A DNA stretch of 64,000 nt. Source: an uncultured Gemmatimonadales bacterium (GTDB lineage Bacteria > Gemmatimonadota > Gemmatimonadetes > Longimicrobiales > RSA9). Made by a program: the position numbers and the translations under genes. Of this stretch, positions 56,940 to 64,000 are shown piece after piece. The stretch spans positions 640,001 to 704,000 of the forward strand of contig CAWAMW010000002.1 in assembly GCA_963783305.1 (NCBI GenBank), written 5' to 3'. Positions within the stretch are counted from its first letter, which is position 1. Each line of letters starts with the position of its first letter. The notes below the pieces were generated by a model. The model was not told the DNA's origin and searched no databases. It saw only the letters and a list, made by a program, of their open reading frames with translations.

Positions 56940-57830
56940 ATGCGGCCCAACGACGACAACTACCTCGTACGCGCCACCGCCTTCGACGGGAAGGTGCGTG
57001 CCCTCGCCGTGACCTCTACGGAGGCCGTGCGCTCCCTCGCCACACTCCAGCAGACCGACCCGGCGCCCACCGCGGCACTGGGTCGGGTGGCCACGGCGGC
57101 GCTGCTGCTTGGAGCGACGCTGAAGAAGGAGTCGCACCTGGTGACAGTGCAGGTTAAGGGGAACGGCCCGGTCGGTACCGTACTGGCGTCGGCCAACGGG
57201 CGGGGCGAGGTCCGGGGCCTGGTGGGGAACCCGCGGCCGACGGTGGAGCAGACGAGGAACGGGAAGCTCGATGTGGCGGGCGTCGTGGGTACGGAAGGTC
57301 GGCTCACGGTGATCAAGGACCTCGGTCTGAAGGAGCCGTACAACAGCACGGTGGAGCTGGTCTCGGGGGAGATCGGGCAGGACTTCGCGTACTACTTCGC
57401 GCGGTCGGAGCAGCAGCCGTCCGCCGTCGGACTCGGCGTGTTCGTAGACCGCACCGGGGAGGTCGTGGCCGCGGGCGGGTACCTGATCCAGATCCTGGGC
57501 GGGTTGCCGGAGGACGAGGTGGAGCGGATCGAGGCCGAGGTCGCGGCGCTTCCCCACCCAACCGCCATGATCCGCCACGGAGAGACGCCTGAGGACGTGC
57601 TGGAGCGCGTATTCGCCGACGGCTTCCGTGTTCTGGACCGGAGCCCCGTCCGCTTCCGTTGCCCGTGCAGCCGGGACCGGGCGGAGCGGGCCCTCATCCT
57701 CCTGGGGCCTGCGGAGATCGACGCCATCATCGGCGCGCAGGCACACCGCGGCCACAGTGATGTGACCTGCGAGTTCTGCGGCGACAACTATCGATTCACC
57801 CTCGATCAGCTCGCTGCGCTGAAGAACTGA
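56940..57830 (+). CDS. hslO: Hsp33 redox-regulated chaperone
   Basis: GNGPVG, LVSGEIGQD, SEQQPSAVGLGV, Zn centre CPC...CEFC. Confidence 0.95.
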   Translation: MRPNDDNYLVRATAFDGKVRALAVTSTEAVRSLATLQQTDPAPTAALGRVATAALLLGATLKKESHLVTVQVKGNGPVGTVLASANGRGEVRGLVGNPRPTVEQTRNGKLDVAGVVGTEGRLTVIKDLGLKEPYNSTVELVSGEIGQDFAYYFARSEQQPSAVGLGVFVDRTGEVVAAGGYLIQILGGLPEDEVERIEAEVAALPHPTAMIRHGETPEDVLERVFADGFRVLDRSPVRFRCPCSRDRAERALILLGPAEIDAIIGAQAHRGHSDVTCEFCGDNYRFTLDQLAALKN

Positions 57831-58011
57831 GACCCGCCCAGGCCACGGGAGCCACGGGCGCGCCCGGCCGCGACCCTGGCAGGAAACACTTGCTTATTGG
57901 ACCGATCTCGACCACACTTAGCGCTCACTCCAAGTCAGATTGCGAACTCCCTCAAGGCCGAGACCGTTGAAACGACGCCGTATCACAGACCGCTCCAGCA
58001 CGCCACGGGGA

Positions 58012-58776
58012 ATGGTCGATGGCCTGGAGCGACTCTTCAAGCGAGTCCTGCTGTTGCCGGTCCTCCTACCCATCCTCCTGTTCGGCGGGTGGGGGCTTGG
58101 CAAGGTGACGGTCAAGGGAATCGCCCTGCCGGAGGGGGCACCCATCCGCGTCGCCGCGGCGGGAATGGCGCCGCCGGCGCAGCTCGCGGCCCTGAGCGGG
58201 TACATGGCCGGGGTCCGAGAGGAGGGGCTGGATACGGAGGAGTACGTCCTGCTATACCAGAACCACGTCCGCCCGGTCGAACGGTCCCTCATGGACTGGG
58301 GCGTCAATGCGGATCTGGCGCGGCAGGTAGCGTGGCCTCTGGTGGAAAACTCGTACCAGCGGGGACTCGACCCGGCCACGGTCATGGCGATTGTGCTGGT
58401 GGAGAGCAGCGGCCAGCCGGGCGCCACCAGCTTCGTGGGCGCGCGCGGCCTGATGCAGATCATGCCGCTCCACATGGGCCACTGGGACTGCGGTCCGGAC
58501 ATGTACGACATCGAGGCGAACCTCTGCTACGGAACAAGCATTCTGGAGTGGAACCTGAACCGGTTCGACGGTAATGAGCGCCGGGCGCTCCTCGCCTACA
58601 ATGGCTGCGTCCGCGGCGCGAACACCCCCAACTGCCACACCTACCCGGACAAGGTGAGGCGCATCCGTGAGCGACTGCGCAGGGAATGGCAGAAGGAGGC
58701 GCCGGCCGGCTACGAACAGATGCTGCTGGGTGCCCGGGGCCAGTCCCCCTTCACCACCGCCGGCGCGGCCCGCTGA
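58012..58776 (+). CDS. Lytic transglycosylase (SLT domain) with N-terminal anchor
   Basis: AIVLVESS, GARGLMQIMP, ALLAYNG. Confidence 0.85.
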   Translation: MVDGLERLFKRVLLLPVLLPILLFGGWGLGKVTVKGIALPEGAPIRVAAAGMAPPAQLAALSGYMAGVREEGLDTEEYVLLYQNHVRPVERSLMDWGVNADLARQVAWPLVENSYQRGLDPATVMAIVLVESSGQPGATSFVGARGLMQIMPLHMGHWDCGPDMYDIEANLCYGTSILEWNLNRFDGNERRALLAYNGCVRGANTPNCHTYPDKVRRIRERLRREWQKEAPAGYEQMLLGARGQSPFTTAGAAR

Positions 58777-58833
58777 TCCCTGGACCGAACAGGACCGGTC
58801 GCCGCGCCGGTACCCATGGGCCGCCCTGAAGAG

Positions 58834-58873
58834 CCGCTCCCGGCGACGATGATCGCCGGGAGCGGTCCTTTTT
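58834..58873 (+). terminator. Terminator between convergent genes
   Basis: CCGCTCCCGGCGA-CGATGA-TCGCCGGGAGCGG followed by TCCTTTTT. Confidence 0.75.
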
Positions 58874-60231
58874 CAGTCTACCAGCTCGTCCAGCAGTCGT
58901 GCGATGGCGTGGGTGCCCTTCTCGATGTTCTCCACACTGATCCACTCGTCCGGCGCGTGCGCGTTCTCGCCCGGTAGTCCGAAGCCCAGGAGCAGCACCG
59001 GCGCATCCAGCACGGCCTCGAACTGCGGGACAATGGGGATGGACCCACCCTCCCCGGCGTAGACCACCGTGCTGTCCCACGCAGAGGCAAGCGCCCGCTC
59101 CGCCGCCTCGTACAACTCGCTGCCCAACGTGGCCCGCCACGGGTCACCGCCGTGCAGCGCCCGCACCTCCACGGTGATGCCCTGGGGCGCTACACGCTCC
59201 ACATGTCGCCGGACCACGTCTTCGATCTTCTTCGGGTCCTGGTTCGGGACGAGACGGAAGCTGACCTTGGCCATGGCCTTCGACGGCAGCACCGTCTTCG
59301 CGCCCTCCCCCGTGTACCCGCTGAGGAGCCCGTTTACCTCCACCGTGGGTCGGATCCAGAGGCGCTCCGGCGTGCTGTAGCCCACCTCCCCCACCTCTTC
59401 CGTGCCGGTGTCTGCCCGGAACCCGACCGTGTCGAACGGGACGTCGGCGATCTTGCGACGGTAGTCCTCCATGGGATCCACGTCGTCGTAGAAGCCGGGG
59501 ATCGTGGCGTGCCAGTCGTCGTCGTGCATGGTGGCGATGATCCTCGCCAGCGCGGTGGCCGGGTTCAGGACCGCACCACCGTAGCTCCCGCTGTGCAGGT
59601 CGGTCTTCGGCCCCTTCACCTCGATCTCCAGATACGCGAGGCCGCGCAGAGAGGTGCCGATGGTGGGAACGCCATCGCCCACCATGGTGGTGTCGCTGAT
59701 GACGACGTAATCGCAGGCGAGACGATCACGGTGCGCCTCGACGAACGGCATCAGGTTCTCGCTCCCGATCTCCTCCTCGCCTTCCGCCAGCACGACGAGG
59801 TTCACCGGCAGCGAGCCCCTCGTCTTCATGTGCGCCTCGATGGCCTTCACGTGCAGGTAGAGCTGCCCCTTGTCGTCCACCGCGCCGCGGGCGAACAGTT
59901 TCCCATCGCGCTCCTCGGGCTCGAACGGTGGTGAGCTCCACTCGTCCAGCGGCTCGGGCGGCTGGACGTCATAGTGGCCGTACACCAGCACGGTGGGCGC
60001 GTCGGCGCCGGCGCCCCGGTACTCACCCAGCACGATCGGGAAGCCGGCGGTCTCCTCGATGGCGACCTCCAGCCCCGCTGCCTTCATGCGGGCCGCGAGC
60101 CATTCCGCCGCCGCTCGCATGTCGTCCCGGTGCTCGGACTTGGCGCTGATGCTCGGGATCCTGAGGAACGCGTCCAGCTCCTCGCGGAACCGCGCCATGT
60201 TCTCATCGATGTACGCGTGGATGTCCGGCAT
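58873..60231 (-). CDS. M20 family dipeptidase
   Basis: YGHYDVQP, RGAVDDKG, EGEEEIGS, DLHSG, GGSIP, HAPDE. Confidence 0.92.
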   Translation of the reverse strand: MPDIHAYIDENMARFREELDAFLRIPSISAKSEHRDDMRAAAEWLAARMKAAGLEVAIEETAGFPIVLGEYRGAGADAPTVLVYGHYDVQPPEPLDEWSSPPFEPEERDGKLFARGAVDDKGQLYLHVKAIEAHMKTRGSLPVNLVVLAEGEEEIGSENLMPFVEAHRDRLACDYVVISDTTMVGDGVPTIGTSLRGLAYLEIEVKGPKTDLHSGSYGGAVLNPATALARIIATMHDDDWHATIPGFYDDVDPMEDYRRKIADVPFDTVGFRADTGTEEVGEVGYSTPERLWIRPTVEVNGLLSGYTGEGAKTVLPSKAMAKVSFRLVPNQDPKKIEDVVRRHVERVAPQGITVEVRALHGGDPWRATLGSELYEAAERALASAWDSTVVYAGEGGSIPIVPQFEAVLDAPVLLLGFGLPGENAHAPDEWISVENIEKGTHAIARLLDELVD

Positions 60232-62441
60232 CAGTGGATCTCCCCCGTGAGCTCACGGACCAGCGCTTCCGCCTGGTAGATGTTGCGCAGTGCCTCCAGG
60301 ATCCCGGCGCTGTGGACGCCCACCGTCCGAGCCACGGTCTCATCGTACAGCCACTCGTTCGGCAGCGATTCGATATTCCCGTCGAACGCCGCGCCAACGA
60401 TCTCGGCGTCGCGGTTCAGCATGGGGCTGCCGCTGTTCCCGCCGGTGATGTCATCGGTGGTAACGAAGTTGAGCGGGACGTCCAGGTCGATGCGATCCCG
60501 GGCCTCCACATAGCGGTCCGGCAGCGCGAACGGCATCTCGTGATCGAAGTTGTTGGCCCGCTCGAAGATGCCGTAAAAGCTGGTTTTCGGCGGGGCGAGC
60601 GTGCCGTTGTACTCGTAGGCGGTCATGATCCCGTCGGTGATCCGCAGGGTCATGGTGGCGTCCGGCGGCAGCCGCGTGCCCTTCACGGCGAACAGGGCGC
60701 TGGCCAGCCGCTCTTCCTGCACCGTCTCGGCGGCCGTGATCTTATCCATTTCCTCGACCAGCGACGGGTAGGATTCTTCCAGGACGCGGGCGAGACGTAT
60801 CCCGAGATCGGAGTCGGCGCCCACGGCCTCCGGCCCGCCGTCGATCAGGCTCCGGCGGAAGTCGGGATCCATGATGCGGGTGGAACGAATGATCCGGTCG
60901 GCCGCCTCCAGCGCGGTCTCATTGCCCTCGAATGCCGCCTGGATGAAGGGGTCGCTCGCGGGGAGGAACGCGCGGGCGAGTCGCAGCCGAATGGCCAGCA
61001 GCCGTTTGGCCACTTCCGGGTTGGCGCCCGATGGCGCCAGCAGCTGCGCCTCCATCTCGGCAAGCTGCTCCGCGCCATACTCCTCCATCCGGTCCTCGGC
61101 CGGCTTGGCCGACTCCCGGACATAGCGCACCAGCTGCCCGGCGAGCCCGAGCTGCGGATCGCCAATGAAGCCGATGTTGTAAATCGACATCCGCTGGGCA
61201 ACCGGCACCTTGGCCGCCTGGATCGCGGCCAGCCGGTCCCACACGTCGCCGTAGCGGGCGCGGAGGTCGGCATCGCCCATCACGGCCTGCCGCAGGTCCG
61301 CCTCCCACCGGATCTTCCGCCCCACGAGGAGCGTGTCCTGGAGCCCGGTGAGCTGTCCCGAGTATGCCTTGAGCGAGTTCTCGAAGTTGGCCAGCTGTTC
61401 GCGCACCGAGCGCTCCGCGTCCGGGCCCATCTGGCCGATCCAGCGCAGCAGGTCCACGTAATCGGTCAGGTACTGGACCACGTACGGGTGCCGACGGTGC
61501 TTCTCGTACATCACCTGGGAGACGGCCAGAAGTCGGCTCGTGCTGCCCGGGTTCCCCACGATGAAGACGACATCGCCATCCTGGGCCCCATCCAGGTCCC
61601 AGCCGAAGTAGCTCTCCGGCCGGACCGGCGCTCCATCCTCCGTGTACGCGCGCAGGAATGAGACGTCGAGGGCGTAGCGCGGGTAGGTGAAATTGTCATA
61701 ATCGCCGCCGAAGGATGCGGCCTGGTGCTCGGGCGCAAAGACCAGCTTCACCGGGGCGTACCGCTGGTAACGGTAGAGGTGGAACCGTCCGCCATGGTAG
61801 AGGGATACGACCTGGCACGTGAGGCCGGTCTCGCTCTCACACGCCTCCTTGATCTCATCGGCCCGCGCCTCCTGCGCCCGCGCCTTGGCCGTGTCCGCCT
61901 GGACTGCGCGGCCGGCGGCCAGAACCGTTTCGCTGACGTCATCGACGCTCACCAGCTGATCCACGTGGAGGTCCGGACAGACCTGTTCCGCGGCGCGGTC
62001 GGGGGCGTAGAAGCCGTCCTCGAGGTAGTCCGCCTCGGCGGAAGAGAGGTCTTCGATGCACCCGCGGGCGCAGTGGTGGTTGGTCATGATCAACCCGTCC
62101 TCGGAGACGAACGAGGCCGAGCAGAAGCCGCCGAACCGGAGTGAGGCGGTCTGGACCTTCTGGAGCCACGCCTCATCCGGCGTGAACCCGTACTCGGACT
62201 CCCACCGCTCCATGGGCGGGTCCTGGAACGTGTACATTTTGCCGAGCTCCAGCCCCGTGAGTTCCGCGCGCCGGGCGGCCCGGAGCGAAGCCTCCGACGG
62301 CGCCAGCTGATCGCCGGCGGGCGCCACGGTGGTGGCGGGGCCGGGAGCGGGGGACGGGGCCGGCACCTCGGCACCGGTGGCACATGCGGCGGCGAGCAAC
62401 GTCGCCGCGAGGAAGGTCGGAATCTGGAAGCGGTTAGACAT
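60231..62441 (-). CDS. S46 family dipeptidyl peptidase, lipoprotein
   Basis: Lipobox LAAC; CSASFVSEDGLIMTNHHC, FGGDYDNF, PDATMTLR, DITGGNSGSP, FDGNIES. Confidence 0.92.
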   Translation of the reverse strand: MSNRFQIPTFLAATLLAAACATGAEVPAPSPAPGPATTVAPAGDQLAPSEASLRAARRAELTGLELGKMYTFQDPPMERWESEYGFTPDEAWLQKVQTASLRFGGFCSASFVSEDGLIMTNHHCARGCIEDLSSAEADYLEDGFYAPDRAAEQVCPDLHVDQLVSVDDVSETVLAAGRAVQADTAKARAQEARADEIKEACESETGLTCQVVSLYHGGRFHLYRYQRYAPVKLVFAPEHQAASFGGDYDNFTYPRYALDVSFLRAYTEDGAPVRPESYFGWDLDGAQDGDVVFIVGNPGSTSRLLAVSQVMYEKHRRHPYVVQYLTDYVDLLRWIGQMGPDAERSVREQLANFENSLKAYSGQLTGLQDTLLVGRKIRWEADLRQAVMGDADLRARYGDVWDRLAAIQAAKVPVAQRMSIYNIGFIGDPQLGLAGQLVRYVRESAKPAEDRMEEYGAEQLAEMEAQLLAPSGANPEVAKRLLAIRLRLARAFLPASDPFIQAAFEGNETALEAADRIIRSTRIMDPDFRRSLIDGGPEAVGADSDLGIRLARVLEESYPSLVEEMDKITAAETVQEERLASALFAVKGTRLPPDATMTLRITDGIMTAYEYNGTLAPPKTSFYGIFERANNFDHEMPFALPDRYVEARDRIDLDVPLNFVTTDDITGGNSGSPMLNRDAEIVGAAFDGNIESLPNEWLYDETVARTVGVHSAGILEALRNIYQAEALVRELTGEIH

Positions 62442-62530
62442 ATCGCGTCTCTTGTCCAATTCGGGTATCGAACCAGCCAGCCCGATGGATGTAGCGGACG
62501 CGACGTCCGCCTGCAAGAACGGCTGGCGGC

Positions 62531-63550
62531 TCAGCCAGGGCTTCCGGGGAGGACGGCGCTCAGCGTGTGCCAGTAGAGGTGTACGCCGCCCGTGTGCGCC
62601 TCGAGGCGATCCAGGAATCCGGCCGCCGTCTTGGCGGTATAGGTCGGGTCGAGGACCAGGCCGCGCGGCTCGAACCACGCAGCGGCCCGCTCCCCCCACT
62701 GGGTGGGCTCACCATACCCGGCGCCCAGCCATTCACCCACGAGCGCCACGCGCTCCAGGACGAGCCGCGGGTCGGGCGCCGATGCCCCCGCCTCTGTCAG
62801 GAGCCGAACCGCCCCCTCCACCAGCCGTCCCAGCACCACCTTGTTCCCCACCGCCGATGGGACGATCCGGATCCCGATGATCCGGTCGGTCAGGTTCGTC
62901 ATGGCGGCCCCTATGGCGATCCCGGCGAGCGTCCCCAGGGTACCCGCGGCGACGGTAATGCTGTCAGGGCGCGGCAGCTCCCCCCGGTCCACCTGCTCCG
63001 CCAGCTCAAGCGCGCCAGCGACGTAGCCGAGGGCGCCCAGGGCGTTCGAGCCGCCGCCCGGTATCACGTACGGCCGCTCCCTGCGGTGGCGCCAGCGGGC
63101 GGCGGCCTCGGCGAAGGGCTGGGTAGCGAAGGAGCCACAGTGCCGAACCTCGTCCGCCCACGCCTCGTTCAGTGCAGCGATCTTCCGTGAGTGCGCCGTC
63201 TCTGGCTGGGGGAACACCACCAGAGTCACCGGCATACCCATGCGTTTGCCGTGCACCGCCGTGGCGAGGCAGTGGTGCGACCCCACCACCCCGGTGGTGA
63301 TGACCCGGCCGCACTCGCGGGCCCGGGCATCGGCCAGCAGGTGCTCGAGCTTCCGCACCTTGTTTCCGGCGTAGCTCGAGCTGGAGAGGTCATCGCGCTT
63401 GACCCACAGCTCGCCCTCGAAACCCTCCGGCGGGTCATCCACGCGGGTGACCGGCGTCGGCCACGCGCCCAGCGGTGTCCACGGGATGCGGCCCCGCAGG
63501 TCGGGATGCCGGCGGAACAGTGGGCTCTCGTCACTCACGGGTGCGGTCAC
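62531..63550 (-). CDS. PLP-dependent D-cysteine desulfhydrase / ACC deaminase family protein
   Basis: PTP, WVKRDDL, GNKVRKLE, GGSNALG, GTLGT, LDPTYTAK, YWHT. Confidence 0.88.
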   Translation of the reverse strand: MTAPVSDESPLFRRHPDLRGRIPWTPLGAWPTPVTRVDDPPEGFEGELWVKRDDLSSSSYAGNKVRKLEHLLADARARECGRVITTGVVGSHHCLATAVHGKRMGMPVTLVVFPQPETAHSRKIAALNEAWADEVRHCGSFATQPFAEAAARWRHRRERPYVIPGGGSNALGALGYVAGALELAEQVDRGELPRPDSITVAAGTLGTLAGIAIGAAMTNLTDRIIGIRIVPSAVGNKVVLGRLVEGAVRLLTEAGASAPDPRLVLERVALVGEWLGAGYGEPTQWGERAAAWFEPRGLVLDPTYTAKTAAGFLDRLEAHTGGVHLYWHTLSAVLPGSPG

Positions 63551-63999
63551 TGCTCGTCGCCGGACTCATCGCGGGCTCCGTCACCACCCTGCCGCTCCAA
63601 CTGCTTCCAGCTGCGGGCGGCGATGGCGCGTAGCAGCTCGGCCTCTCGCTCATCCACCCCCGCCCTCCGGACAATAGCCCGCAGCGTACGCAGCGCGACC
63701 TCCGGATTCTTGCCGCCGCGATAGAAATCGATCGCCCGCAGGTGGCGGTCGATATGTTCGAAGACGTCTTCGAGATGGGCGGTGGTGGCGGGCGGCGCGT
63801 CGCGCCGGGGCCGGGGAAGCGGCTTTTCGCTCCCCGGCCCAACGAGCCAGAGCTCATAGCAGACCAGGAGCGCCGCCTGGGCCAGGTTCAACGACGGCCG
63901 CTCCGGGTCGGTGGGCACGGTCCAGATCCGATCGCAGCGGTCGAGCTGCTCGTTGGTGAGCCCGATATCCTCGCGGCCGAACACGATGACCACAGGGCC
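63547..63999 (-). CDS. trmJ: SPOUT RNA methyltransferase, TrmJ/TrmH family (5' end outside window)
   Basis: VFGREDIGLTNEQLDRCD, PSLNLAQA, C-terminal helical extension. Confidence 0.8.
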   Translation of the reverse strand, partial: GPVVIVFGREDIGLTNEQLDRCDRIWTVPTDPERPSLNLAQAALLVCYELWLVGPGSEKPLPRPRRDAPPATTAHLEDVFEHIDRHLRAIDFYRGGKNPEVALRTLRAIVRRAGVDEREAELLRAIAARSWKQLERQGGDGARDESGDEQ

Positions 64000-64000
64000 G

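Noticed and set aside
57831..58011. c-di-AMP or c-di-GMP riboswitch upstream of the lytic transglycosylase
   Set aside because: The leader is long and less GC-rich, but I could not find the ydaO or GEMM consensus blocks
1..64000. tRNA/rRNA genes, IS elements, integrases, prophage
   Set aside because: No cloverleaf/T-loop signatures, transposase or integrase motifs, or large compositional shift noticed by eye; a tRNAscan/ISfinder run would be needed to exclude them formally

Overview
High-GC (roughly 70% by eye) bacterial chromosomal segment, gene-dense and mostly housekeeping. The gene repertoire (two short Bacteroidota-type RpoD-like sigma factors, FCB-type long GroES, S46 peptidase, Omp85 protein, TonB-dependent receptor) suggests a diderm of the FCB group, most likely Gemmatimonadota (inference). 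Contents: a cobalamin-riboswitch-controlled btuFCDB operon; sigma70-rsgA; PP2C; HD hydrolase-pckA-maeB; a tightly coupled 7-gene operon (Omp85/POTRA protein, SAM methyltransferase, FAD oxidoreductase, SRPBCC cyclase, FabF-like ketosynthase, DUF4126-like protein, AhpD/CMD); a second sigma70 with a terminator-containing leader; ssb, polA, csp; a TPR-SLT transglycosylase; a lone exbB; an opp/dpp ABC transporter; a lipoyl ligase, gcvP and gcvH; an msrA-trpF-alkA operon preceded by a 7x22-bp tandem array; acyl-CoA dehydrogenases; an amidase; a pseudo-receiver AraC plus TPR pair; groES-like plus hslO; peptidases. I saw no tRNA/rRNA, transposase, integrase or CRISPR array. The best candidates for an undescribed system are the ketosynthase/cyclase/methyltransferase/oxidoreductase operon lacking ACP and CLF, the attenuator-like sigma leader, and the 22-bp array. 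All calls come from motif recognition by eye; no searches were run.
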